From contig NC_043001.1 in NCBI RefSeq assembly GCF_006345805.1, positions 51,894,001 through 51,958,000 on the forward strand: 64,000 nt of DNA. Direction: 5' to 3'. Made by a program: the position numbers and the translations under genes. Shown piece after piece: positions 27,928-41,491 of this stretch. Source of the DNA: Octopus sinensis. Taxonomy: Eukaryota. Under the pieces are notes generated by a model. That model was given only the letters and a program-made list of their open reading frames with translations, was not told the origin of the DNA and made no database searches. Within the stretch, counting starts at the first letter, position 1, and each line of letters begins with the position of its first letter.

Positions 27928-28794
27928 TTGGGTTGGCAACTAAGTTTCCGCTGTTTTTTTAATTTTAAATTTTTTAAAAGGTTTAATAAAAAAATAGCAA
28001 CTAATTAATCAATAATTCTTGTTGTTTACAACTTCTTCCCAACGTTCAACAAGATTTTCAATACCTCGTTTGTAGAAATCACCCGATTTCTACTCGAAAA
28101 ATTGATCCAACTAAGCTCTCAATTCTGCATCAGTATTGAACTAAACTCCGCGCATAGCATTTGAAAGAGATCGAAAGAGATGGAAATCTGTTGGTGCCAA
28201 ATCAGGAGAGTACGGTGGGTGTGGCAGCACTTCCTAGCCATGCGTTTGAATGGCTTCCTTCGTCATATTGGCGATATGAGGGCGGGGATTGTCGTGCACC
28301 AGAAGAACTCCATGCTGCCGATTAAGTCTTTTCTCTTGAATAGCCGTGTTGAGTCGTTCCATTTGTTGAACATAGAGTTCCGCGTAGACCGTTTGGTTCC
28401 GTTCAAGCAATTCATAATGGATAATCCGTTCCTAGTCCCACCATACGCACAATATCGTTTTACGCGGATGAAGATCTTGTTTCATGCGCGGTGTGGCTTG
28501 TTTATCGGTGCTAAGCCATTCCTTACGTTGCTTCATATTGATGTACAGACACCATTTTTCGTCGCCAGTAACAATTCGGTAAAGAAGTGGCTGCTTGTGT
28601 TCATGAGATGAGCGGTGATGAGCAAGCAAACCAGCGGAGATTGTGGCTCATTGATTTTTATTGTTGTCACTTAATGCATGAGGAACCCATGCTCCATACT
28701 TCTGAACCTTTCCCATCGAGTGAATATTCTTCTCTATAGCAGTGTGAGAGCATTCCATTTTCTTTGCCAGTTCCCTTTTCGTTTGACGAGAATT
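27928..28794 (-). mobile_element. 5'-truncated mariner element (3' TIR plus catalytic domain)
   Basis: TA + ttgggttggcaactaag TIR at 27926-27944. WVPHAL, IVTGDEKW, LHPRK..CVWWD, HDNPRPH, PYSPDLAPTDFHLF, VERWEEV; in-frame stops. Confidence 0.92.
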
Positions 28795-30273
28795 TAGCTT
28801 TCTCCGAAATGCTGTAATAACTCTCTAGAGATCATAGACAAGGTTATTCTTTCCTTGCAGTTTTAAATTCAATTCATTCATATGAGAAGTGACGTCAACT
28901 AAAAATGACAACTTTGAAAACCATGAAGGATCTGACAGCTGGGGATCAGCTCTATTCTTTTCGGTGAGAAAAGTATCTATTTCTTTTCAGAGCCTATATA
29001 AACGAAACAGGACTTTACCGCAACTGTGCCATCTCACTTCTGTGTAGTAAGGCAAGTCACAGAAATTAAGCCCATGATTCCGAATAAAGTTCACCATAGT
29101 TGTAACCGGTTTTAGTACGCAAGAAATGTCTATGTGTTTTCCACAGAATGCTTGCTGATGTATAATGCTGTATATAAACAGAGCTTTCGGAAGTTGAAGC
29201 TCTTCTAACTTGGTCTGGATCCACCCTACCAAATCCTTCGTCACTCCTGCCATATTTTTTCCTTCATCGACTGTAATATATCGAAGTTGATTCCACTGAG
29301 GGTTATAGTTTTGCAAAGTTTTCCGCACCTCTATGAAAATATCTCCTCCAGTTGTTGTTCCATGTATACTGCAAACGGATACCATTTCTTCTGTAATCTC
29401 AAAGTTGCAATTAACACCACAAATAAACACAAGAAGTTATGACGTACGAGAGAGATCACTAGACTTATCCATTGCAAGAAAATATCACAAACATTTCTTA
29501 GTTTTCTCATGTATCTGTAACTGTATATTCTCTCCAAGTTCTATTCTCCGCACAACTCAGCTGGCTGAAACGCTGATACAGTCAAACATGTTAGCTTTTA
29601 CCGGACACAAGTCATTTGATGCTTCCACCATGCACTCTTTTATAAAGTTTCCGTAAGTAAATGATTTTCCTCGCTCTGTCAACTTATTCACTATTTCGTA
29701 ACTTACACGAGTGATAGATTCATTTTCAACAAACTTTTTCGTAAAGAAATTCCTTTGAGATTCCAAACTACGTTTCCTAGATTCAAATTTCTCGGACCGC
29801 AACTTTCCAGAATATTTAGAATGTGTTGAGAGATGTTGTGCTTCGTAGTGACGACGAATATTGCACTCTTTCATAACAGCAACACTTTCGTTGCATATCA
29901 GGCAACTAGCATTCCGGTCATTTGTTTCCACAAAGAGTGCTTTTCTCCCCATTTTTATTGAAAATGCGACATTTATCATCAAGAAAAAACAAAATCAGTC
30001 TTAGGCCTCGGCGTCAGATATTCTCGTTTTAATTGTAATCACTAATATCTGACTAGCCCGAGGCACACATGATCTACTGTAGTAATTATTATGGCGCGTG
30101 AAATACGTAGTGCGTGACGTAACTGACTCAGTATACATACGACATACGTAATCTAAGAAGTGTAAGAAGCAGTATAAAAGCATGTTTCTGTCTTTTCAGC
30201 ATACTTCGGCGGGCCGGACAAATTGACATTGCGGGTCGGATCCAGCCTGCGGGCCGTAGTTTGGTGACCCATG
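28795..30273 (-). mobile_element. 3'-truncated hAT (Buster/Charlie/SPIN-like) element
   Basis: 5' TIR catgggtcaccaaactacggcccgc (ends 30273). BED finger CLIC..RRHYEAQH, AMDKS, IIHQQAFC, YYTEVRW, FLVDVTSHMNELNLKLQG. Confidence 0.9.
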
Positions 30274-31511
30274 CCTTAGATCATTTTAAGACTTGTGAAT
30301 GAAATTGGGCAAACGGAAATTGTGAAGGCCTGTCGGATGGATAGTACATTTAAGCCAAAGGTCTAGATTTTCCAAACATAGTGTCACGCTGATTCTGTCT
30401 CAAAAAATTTGTTAAGTGTACGTATGTCTGTGGAATATTTCACACTTATTCATTGTAACAGACAGAGCAATTAACGAATACAGAGTACTTATCGTCGAAC
30501 CTGACAGAGATCCATTTATTGAATTGCTGCATAGTGACTTGCCGAAGAAGTACTGAACGAATCACTAAATAAATATACAGATATGGGAAATAATTCTTCT
30601 TTGGAACGGTGGATCTCGAAGCAGATAAAGCTAGAAATAATGGTGTACAAATATCAAGTCAACAAAACTATTGACCACAAAAGGTCGAAGCTACTCGTGG
30701 GACACGAACTCACGCTTTTTGTTAATTTTACAGGCAAAACAATCTTTCGACTTTCTGTCAACAACATATAAATATGTATATTTATTGGTGTAGAATTAAG
30801 CATCGAATTTTTTAGAAATTAAATAAGTCTGAGATAATTATCTCAAAAACGCTGTTTCCAAGAAAGGACAGTAAAGATAAGGAGAGCCATAACATTTGGA
30901 AAAGAGGTTCTTTATATGAGCTGTCAAGCCCCTTGTCAACCCCGATTAAATAAACCTAAAACCAAAGGCATTCCTATCATGGCCATACCATTTATTTCCG
31001 ATATTTTGTTATTTGGACTACATAATTCAATGTGTACTCTCTCATATATATAATGAGAAGAAATCTTACGGAAGAGACGTTATTTTAACGAGATACATCT
31101 TGTAATCACCTGAAAAGACACATCTACACCGACGGATTCTCCTAAACCAGTTGTTCAGTATCCCACTCATGAGGGATCTAGATGGGTCGAAACAATTGTA
31201 GTGATCAATAAACATCCTCGTTTCTTCCATCTTCCATCTCCCTTATTAATCAAATATATATATATATGTATAATAAATGAGGGAAACGTAAAATTGAGTT
31301 AGCAAGAATCTTTATTCAATGCAACGATCGTTTCGACCTATCCTGCATCTGTCCCTTACAGGTAGGATATTGTACGGGTAGTTGTGCTGCATAAACCAGT
31401 GCAAGCTGCAACTCGTCGGATGTCTCGTTTTAAATAAGATACTGCGATACATATACTCGGCTTCGCTCGGCATGGTATGTATGTATGTATGTATGTATGT
31501 ATGTATGTATG

Positions 31512-31545
<34 letters not shown>

Positions 31546-32705
31546 TGTATGTATGCATGTATGTATGTATGTATATGTAATGTATGTATGTATGTTGCTT
31601 TGGTTTGACTGCTCAGCTGAATTAGTGGATGAATATAATTGCCAAACTGAGTATAGCTTAAGTTTTATGTGATTATGTAGCTTGTTATTGCTTTTCTTTA
31701 GCCTTAAGTTAGCTCCATTCGAGCGGCGATCATCTCGTTTTTTTTTTTGTTTTTTTTATATAATTATTTAAGGCTTAATGTGTAATTCTTTTTCTTTTGA
31801 AAAATGTTAGCGTGTGAGTTAAGGGAAATTTCACTACCATCTAAAACTGGTCCCACGACTTCGTAGAGATGTTGTTCTCGATCATTTAGACCTTCAAGGC
31901 AACCGATGATTAAAGATCAATTAGTGGCGATTTCGCATATAATCCATGCTTTAAAATTTAATCTTCATAGTTAAAATAGTTTTATGAGTTTTGAGCTGTT
32001 ACTTTCTTGTTGACAGCTCCGACTTTTCTTCAGTACAGATATAACCTTAATTAATTTCACTCCTCTTGCTTTTCACATTGAGTTGATGCTTGCTTCACAA
32101 TCCAGGTATCTTATAAGTAGTAACAATTTCGATCAAATTATCGACACCTGTTTATTTGTAAGTTTTTATTCAACGTGTAGCCATGAAAAGAAATGAAGAC
32201 AGTGTCACGTAATATCTTTCCAACATTGGGTTCAACATTGCATCTTTTTCTTTCGTTCAATCTATTGCAACTGACAAAGAATATTGTTCCGCATATCAGA
32301 TGTGTTATGGGAGTGTGTCAAGGTCTTCCTATGGTCTATCTATATGCATATATGTATCAACTGTGGGTGCAACGCTTTAAAGTTATATTTTCTCACATTG
32401 CTAGCACAGAACAAAGCGAAGGACTCGATATAAAAGGCTATGCGTCTTTCGGGTACGCGCTCACATACTTAGCATTAACGCATTCAACCACACATACATG
32501 AAATTAGATATAACGGGAATATATGGAACTTGTTTCAATACAATCAAAGAAGCAAGTAAAAAATAGGAAAAGAACAAGCATGTATCTCCAGATGTATATA
32601 TGTGTATGTGCATGTGTATTTGTGTGTGAGAGCGTGTATGTTGTATATGTGTGTGTGTATTTGTGTCTTTCACACAGGTAAATATCTAAGGCTGAGGGAG
32701 TGAAA

Positions 32706-32741
<36 letters not shown>

Positions 32742-32783
32742 TGTATGTATGTATGTATGTATGTATGTATGTATGTATGTATG

Positions 32784-32817
<34 letters not shown>

Positions 32818-32853
32818 TGTATGTATGTATGTGTCTATCTATCTATCTATCTA

Positions 32854-32900
<47 letters not shown>

Positions 32901-33329
32901 ACATGCACGTACTCACACACGCGCGCATACATAGCTATGTGTGCGTACGTTTATTCGCAAATATAAATACAGGAAAAAAGGAAAATACGCACATACACAG
33001 CCAAAACATATGCAAGGCTTCTCTCCTATGCGCCCACATAGTTCCTTTGATGTGCGATAAAAGGTACAAAAAAAAGAAAAAAAGGGAAGGCAAGCTGTCA
33101 AAGGAACTACGGTGGGTTTAGGTGGAAGGGGACACTCAACACGAAAACTATGAAAGCGGTTTAAGTAGGAACACAATGAGAGCTAACGGGCGCCAAAAAA
33201 CATAAAACTGTCTTGGTTGTAAAACAGAAATAGCAGAATGTCATAAAACGTCTGTCACAATCAAACGGGAACAAAAATAACGAGAACTATAATGATTTCT
33301 ACCATTGGTATAATAATAATAATAATAAT

Positions 33330-33361
<32 letters not shown>

Positions 33362-33369
<8 letters not shown>

Positions 33370-33570
33370 CTTTCTACTAAAGGCACAAAGCCTGTAATTT
33401 GGGGGAGGGGGTAGTCGAGTACATCGACCCCAGGGTTTCACAGGTACTTAATTTATCGATGAAAGGCAAAGTCAACCTCGGCGCAATTTGAACTCATAAT
33501 GTAGAGACGAGCGAAATACCGCTAAGCTTTTCGTCCAGCGTGCTAATGATTCTACCAGCTCACCGCTTAT
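33362..33570 (-). mobile_element. SINE family 1 (tail B)
   Basis: Reverse-complement head and core next to (AAT)n. Confidence 0.8.
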
Positions 33571-33675
33571 AATAATAGTGATTTCTTTATTAACCACTAA
33601 GGGTTCACACACACACACAAAACATTGGGGAATGTACACGGCAATACAACATGAGATTATATAAAAAGGCGTGTA

Positions 33676-33783
<108 letters not shown>

Positions 33784-33784
33784 A

Positions 33785-34337
33785 ATTGCAGTAATACTAG
33801 GTAGTGGCTCTCATGGCTTTTGATCTTGACTGATTGGAAGTGTTTTCATGTACATTGTTTTGTCTGGTATAAAAGATGGGCTACAGCAAATATTCTGCTC
33901 AATACCACAGATTTGCTTGTCATTTGTTTGACCTTAACCAGTTGAGCATGTCCCTTAGTGGCTGACGATATGTGCATATCTGATCACGAGCAGAAGTAGT
34001 GGGGGAGCATCATAACCATTTGTTGAGAGGAATTCTTTGGGGTTTGAATAATTCACCTCTGGAAATATGGCTGTTTTGTTTATCATCCATAAAACAAACC
34101 TATTCAGGGACCATTTGTGTGGGATAGGCTACTTGACCTGAAGAAAATTCTAACTGGGCCCCACCTGCAAGGTCATGCGATGTTTATTTTCATTTGAGAT
34201 CACCATGTTGTGCACATATGATTGTAATGCATGTGCCTGGTGTACCCTTATCAGATGGTTAGTCATGATGGGTATATTAGGCTTCATATATTTGCACTCC
34301 AGTTTCACTTTGATGGCATGTGCTGCTCTCTCACTCA
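33785..34337 (+). mobile_element. ~550-bp non-coding interspersed repeat flanked by (AAT)/(GAT)n
   Basis: Second copy follows in tandem (34360-34470 plus 35521-35941, interrupted by the MITE). Partial copies at 24318-24480 (+) and 9455-9612 (-). Confidence 0.8.
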
Positions 34338-34470
34338 GTAATAATGATAATAATAAATGACCCGATGCATTAAGGCACTGAACTGACTGCAAGTGTTATC
34401 ATGTACACGTTTTTTCTTGGTGTAAAAGATGGGCCATGGCAAATATTCTGCTCAATATTACGGATTTAGG

Positions 34471-35520
34471 ATCTAGTTGGTTTAGCTGCCAGCATTTCAA
34501 AAATTAAAGTTTATTGGAAATTAAAAAAATTGTCTTAATAATATACTTTTCCAAGATAAATTTCCAGAGTTATTTCACTTTTTCCAGAAAAATGTTTTAA
34601 AAAATTATAGATGTTTAAAGTTTGATCATTTTCACCCAGTCAGGAAACAGGATTTGGAAGCTGTCCTTTTGTGCATAGCTGCACATTTTGTCGTCAACAT
34701 CTTGAAAATAGCAAGGCAGCGAGCTGGCAGAAATGTTAGCATGCCGGGTGAAATGCTTAGCATTATTTCGTCTGTCTTTACATTCTGAGTTCAAATTCCG
34801 CTGAGGTTGACTTTGCTTTTCATCCTTTTGGGGTCGATAAATTAAGTACCAGCTGTGTACTGGGTCGATCTAATCGACTGGACCCCTCCCCCAAAATTTC
34901 GGGCATTGTGCCTAGAGTAGAATAGAACATCTTGAAAATAGCACGTGTTGTCAATATTTGTAAACAACATGTATTTTTTAATTTGAAGCATTCAATATGC
35001 ATTTAATGCAATAGTATGAACTTAAAAGATTTATCCAAAAAACGTTATTTAGCTCTTATTTTTATCACATCTCACAACCACCTGAGAGACAAAGAGAAGT
35101 ATGTAAACAAGTAGTTTTGAGCTTTCAATATGTATTTAATGCAAATGCGATGAACAACACATTAAAAATTTAATATTTAAAAAAAAAAACATTTTGTTGA
35201 CCAGTTCATAAATTCACATACTCAATTGTCAACAGATAGGTAAAACAAGTGGGTTCAATATATTTGTTGACACATGCTTTCTCATAGACAAAAGAGTTAT
35301 CATGTTCTGCTTGTTACTATGGAAACAGGCATGAATGTGTTTGGCTTGCGATTGGCTAAAATTATCAAAATTTTCAAACTTTAATTGCTAATAACTCTTT
35401 ATTTATTGATTTGTTGCAAAAATGAATTTTACATTGTTTATTTGCCAATAAAAGTGTATCATTACACTGAATATGAAATCAATTCAAACAGAATTGTGCT
35501 GGCAGCCAAACCAACCAGAT
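34471..35520. mobile_element. TIR MITE inserted into a TAA-flanked repeat and itself carrying a SINE
   Basis: 24-bp TIR atctagttggtttagctgccagca / tgctggcagccaaaccaaccagat (2 mismatches). Homologous sequence at ~63535-63740 and ~48790-48860. TSD unclear. Confidence 0.7.
34714..34925 (+). mobile_element. SINE family 1 (tail B) with 18-bp TSD, inside the MITE
   Basis: TSD aacatcttgaaaatagca at 34696-34713 and 34926-34943. Confidence 0.9.
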
Positions 35521-35941
35521 ATGCTTGTCATTTGTTTGACCATTTGCAGTTGAGCATGTCCCTTAGTGGCTGATGATATGTGCATCTCTGATCATGAGCA
35601 GAAGTAGTGGGGGAGCATTATAGCCATGTATTGAGTGGAATTCTTTGGGGTTGGAATAATTCACTTCTGGAAACATGGCTGTTTTGTTCAACATCTTTAA
35701 ACAACCCTTGTTCAAGGATTGTTTGAGCGGGATGGGCCACTCGACCTGAAGAACATTATAACTGGTCCCCACCTGCAAGGTCATGCACTGTTTATCTTGA
35801 TATGAACTCACCATGTCATGCACATAGTTGTGATGCATATGCCTGGTACACCCTTCACAGATGGGTAGTCTTGATAGGTATATTGGGCTTCGTATATTTT
35901 ACCCCAGTGTTACTTTGATGGCATGATCTGCTCTCTCACAC

Positions 35942-35979
<38 letters not shown>

Positions 35980-35982
35980 AAA

Positions 35983-36016
<34 letters not shown>

Positions 36017-36047
36017 GCTACTACTGCTACTGCTGCTGCTGCTGCTG

Positions 36048-36101
<54 letters not shown>

Positions 36102-36125
36102 ATAATAATAATAATAATAATAATT
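35942..36125. repeat. (AAT)n(ACT)n(GCT)n(ACT)n(AAT)n compound tract
   Basis: Direct reading. Confidence 0.95.
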
Positions 36126-36229
36126 ATCAGTACTAGAACTTTGGAACCAGCAAGGTATGCTCTTTACTCTTTTACTTGTTTCAGTCATTTGACTGCGGCC
36201 ATGCTGGAGCACCACCTTTATGTTTCAGA

Positions 36230-39200
36230 TTACTGAAAATGGGCTTATGAATCAGAAAAAAATTAATGAGAATAGAGACTTTCTTAATGAATCCCAAATT
36301 CAGACAATCAGAGAAAGTGCCTGTAGTGATGATAGCCATAAGCAGGATAATGTAGGGGAAGGTCAGCAGATAGATAGGCAAGGTGAAGGTCTGTAGATGG
36401 ATAGGCAAGATGAGGATGCAGTAGTGGAAAGGGACTTGCGTGGAGAAATGGGAAAGAATCAGTATAATTTAAAGGACCCTGCATTACCAGAGGATATAAT
36501 TGAGGAACAGAGGGACCTAACGATAAGACTTGAGGAAATAATCACTACAAAAGCAGAGACCAAACTGGTGAATTTGTGATGCTTCGACCGTGACAGTGTG
36601 ACCCAAAATGTTGATGGGGCCCTGAAGTATATTCCAATAAAAGATCTATCAGAAACAAAGGACTTGATTAGATCTGCTTCAATTCTAGTTGGTGAACTGG
36701 TTGAGAAAAAAGAGGAAATCAGCAAAGAATTAAAGCTGATATTAAAACCTTGCATAAAGATCTGAGTTGCATAGCAGAATAGTCCAAAGGGCAGTGGAAA
36801 TATACTAAAGAAGGTGCAAAGGCATATCTTGAAACAAAATACCATATAGAAAAGAAAGGGTTCAGAACTGTTATTGAAATTCTAAAACAAGGTATTCGAG
36901 CAAAATCATTGAAGGTGCAACACTACAATGATAGCATATTGCAGTTGTGTCAAAACAAACTGTTCACAAATAACCAGAGGTAGTTTTTTTAAGAGCTTGG
37001 ATGGAGAACAGGGTAAACCTGTCAATTCTATAATAACTGGGGGTGAGTGGGGAAAGTAAGAGGTTTATAGCAACATTGGTACTGAGGGTATTCATTCCTC
37101 AAGCTCTGAACTCCATCACCCTGAGGTTCTAGACAGGATCATGTATGCATAGCAATGGAAGATGTAATTACACAGGTATCAAAATTGCGACACCAGAGAG
37201 CAATTAGGACCAGATAAAATCCAAGGCTATAGGCTTAACTGGTTTAGGTTAACACACAAACGAATTGGTATGCAATCAGATGATGACTTGCAGAATGGTA
37301 CAGTTCTGGAATGGATTGTAGAGGGAGAGATAACATTATCACTGGAAGATCATTTGCTGAAAGATTAGGCAGTGAGGTTGGCAATTACTAACTCAATGCT
37401 TGTCTTAACCTCTTATGGAATGTGTTAACGAGTATCCTCACAAAGAAAATATACATTCCTTGCAGAAAACAATCTACTTCCAGTAGAACAAAAGGGATGC
37501 TGGAAAAGGTCCAAGAGCACCAAGGACCACGTTGTAATTAACAAAGTTGTAATGGAGAAGGGCAAATAGTACCAAAAGCAAAAAAAAAGCAACCCCAAAA
37601 ACTTGTGAATGGCTTGGATAGACTTTAAAATGGTTTATGACATGTTGCCATATTTGTGGATTCTGGGAACACTTGACATGTGTGGAGTAGCTGAGAATGT
37701 ATGTGCACTAATGAAGAACAACATGCCTAGTTAGAAAACATGTCTTTTCTGTAACAGTCAGAGCTTAGCTGAGGTAACAATCAAAAGAGGTATCTTTCAG
37801 GTAGATTCTTGTTCACCATTGCTGTTTGTTATAGCCTTGATCCAACTTTCTGTAGTTCTACTCAAAGTCAACACACACTACGAGCTGAGGAAGGATGAAC
37901 CTACACACTGAGGAAGGATGGACCTACACACTGAGGAAGGATGGACTTCGTCTCAACCACTTTCTCTTCATGGATGATTTAAAACTGTTCACAAAGAACA
38001 GAGCCTGAAATGGAGAGGCTGGATGAGGCGGCAAGGATATAAAAATGGAATTCAGTATCTCAAAGTGTGTGGTGCTCACTTTGAAGGAGGAGAAAAGAGC
38101 AAATTGCAGGAACATAGAACTGCCAAATAGAGGGTAAATAGGAGGCCCAGATGATGATGGGTACAAGAACCTTGGGATCCTGGAGCTGGACAGTATCTTG
38201 CATAAAGACATGTAAGTCAAGGTCACCACTGAATACTTGAAGCACTTCAAACTTCTCTTGAAGTCAAAACTCAATGCAAGGACCCTTGTGACTGCCATCA
38301 ACAATGGACATGAGTGGAGATTGACTATTTCGATTGCACTACCCAAAAAATGATGACAATGCATGGTGCCTTCCACCCTAAGGCAAACATACATAGGCTG
38401 TACATGAAGAGGTGTAAAGGTGGACTTAGTTTGATTAGCATACAGGAGTGTATCGACATTGAAAGAAGAAAAATGCTAAAGTATTTGGTAAACAATGAAC
38501 AGGACCTGCTATGGTATGCTGCTAATGTAGAAGGATTTGCAATCAATGGAGTTGAGATTTTTAATGAATTTTAATCATGAATTGCCAATGAAAGAGAAGA
38601 AACGCTACTCTGCTTGGAATTACAAGGTCAGTTCCACTATGAATCTAACAACTTAAAAGATCAGGAAGCATCATGGATGTGGCACAGCAATAGTAACCTT
38701 AAAAAGAAGACTGAAAGCTTAATCATTACTGCCCTGGAGCAGGCACTGAATACCAACTCACTGAAAAGGGATACATACCATACAATCGCAATCAACCTAT
38801 GCAGAGTATGTGAGAAGAAGGTCATAAGTGTGACTCACATTTTTAGTGTTTGTGAAAACGTCTTGTGAAGGCATGACAAGATAGCCCCCCAAATTCATTG
38901 GCTACTGTGCTGAAGTATGGCTATGAGGAAATGGGTGCTTGGTACCAACATATACTAGAAAAGGTAATGGAGGAGAAAAAGGAAGGCAAAGATACTTTGG
39001 AATTTCGACTTCCAGACAGACAAGGTGTTAGAGCACTGCAGGCCACATATAATAGCCTTTAGGAAGGACATGCAAAAATGTCTAATAATTGACATGATAG
39101 TGCCAGGAGATCAACATATCATTATGAAAGAAGGAGAAAAGGCTGAGAAATATGGTGACCTGAAAATTGAGATTGCCAAAATGTGGCAACAGTGGGAATC

Positions 39201-39452
39201 AGGCATAAAAGATGCTCCTCTTGTCATTAGAGCATTAGGTTCAATACCAACCAAACTGAAGAAACATCTGGATACTGTGGAAATAGCATACAGTCTTGGT
39301 GTATTGCAAAAATTGGCTTTACTTAAGATTGTACTCATACTTTGGAAAGTACTGTCTGCCTGAGATCCTTGTGACTTGACAGAGAGCACACATCCCCAGT
39401 ACATACATCTTCAATCTACATCACAATATTCAATACTGTGTGTGACATCTTC
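36230..39452 (+). pseudogene. Degraded R4/Dong-like RLE retrotransposon (different, older subfamily)
   Basis: Fragmented frames give LPVEQKGC, AWIDFK..YD, RGIFQVDS.SPLLF, FMDDLKLF, HPKANIHRLY..R..GG, CRVC..VTHIFSVC, RHD, ILW, RPHI..LIIDMIVPGD, EKYGDLKIEIAKMW. Many stops and frameshifts; ends at (AAT)n from 39453. Confidence 0.85.
37887..37945. repeat. 23-bp tandem repeat x2.5 inside the degraded retrotransposon RT
   Basis: gaggaaggatg(a/g)acctacacact units. Confidence 0.9.
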
Positions 39453-39902
<450 letters not shown>

Positions 39903-40063
39903 GAGAGCGCCAGCCTTGACAGCGGCTGGACGTGTTCCTCACTGCTCTGACAGTTCGGTGGCCGAAAGCCATAGAAACACTAATATGGGCCAGTTTAGCA
40001 ACGGGGAAAAATAACTCTCAAAGACTGGAACATCTACAATACCTCGTGAGTATTTGAAATTCT

Positions 40064-40969
40064 CTTCAAAGTGGGTTAAGAAATTTACAAATTTACATAT
40101 CTGCAGCTTTCAAACATATATCCGATCGGCTTTAAAAACTTTAATACCCACAACTGCCCCTGTAAGCACCCTTTTTTTTTCTTCTCTCTAAAAACATCAC
40201 GCTTTTCTTTTTGTGGACTTGCAAAACCCTAAAACTTTCTATGAAAATCTGACTTTTCTTTGCTTCCTCCCAGAATATTCAAATATAAATGTAAACATAT
40301 ACTTTTTATTGCAAAAACACACCTGTTCTTCTAACTGGACCTACAAACATCTCTAGAGGGGTCAACTTCAACCTCCACAATATTACCTTGCACGAAATAT
40401 ACAAACACTTTTTATTGCAATAACACAAACGCACATGGAAAAAAAATAATGATGCTAAGATTCTCTCTGGTCGAACACAGCTTCTCTATTCACAAATAAT
40501 ACAGAACAGCCCTTCAAAATAAGTTAAGAAAATTTACATATCTACAGTTTTCAATCATACATTCGACCAGCTTTAAAAACTTTGATACCCACAATTGCCT
40601 CTGTAAACATCCTTTTTCTTTTTTTTTTCTTCTTCTCTCTAAAAACATCACGCTTTTCTTTTTGTGGACTTACAAAACCCTAAAACTTTCTATGAAAATC
40701 TGACTTTTCTTTGCTTCCTCCCAGAATATTCAAATATAAATGTAAACATATACTTTTTATTGCAAAAACACACCTGTTCTTCTAACTGGACATACAAACA
40801 TCTCTAGAAAGGTCAACTTCAACCTCCACAATATTACCTTATACGAAATATACAAACACTTTTTATTGCAATAACACAAACGCACATGGAAAAACAAAAT
40901 TAATGATGCTAAGATTCTCTCTGGTCGGACACAACTTCTCTATTCACAAACAATACAGAACAGCCCTTC
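40064..40969. repeat. Tandem duplication, ~450-bp unit x2
   Basis: Units ~40064-40511 and ~40512-40969; cttc microhomology at the joints. Confidence 0.92.
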
Positions 40970-41491
40970 CTTAATTTTTCTTAAGCCTAATAGTAGTAAA
41001 CATCTGAACTTTTTTTGACCGATAGGACCCCACCTAAAAAAATAAAATCACTGATGGTGATGGTGATGATGGTGATGATGATAATAATGATAGTAATAGT
41101 GCTGATAATCTATCTACCTATCTACACACACACACACACACCCAAAGAGTTCAACCAACACACACTCAAAGAGTTCAACCAACACAAACCTCACCTCGGC
41201 TCTATTGTTAACCAAATATGAAAGTATTATTTGACAGGCAAGAACTCTGGCGTTGAAGACAGTCAGCCAGCCAACCACCAAGCCAGCCAACGAGACAGAC
41301 AGATACTACTGTGATGGTGATAATGATAAAAAAACATAAATAACAATAATAAGATACTGCTGTGACTACACATAAAACAATATCATTGATGATGATGGTG
41401 GTGATGGTGATGGTGATGATGATAATGATGATGGTAATGGTGGTGATAATGATGATAGTGATAATAATGGTGATGATAATAACAATAATAA

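Noticed and set aside
31440-31475. Helitron-like hairpin ctcggcttcgctcgg
   Set aside because: No CTRR terminus at the expected distance.
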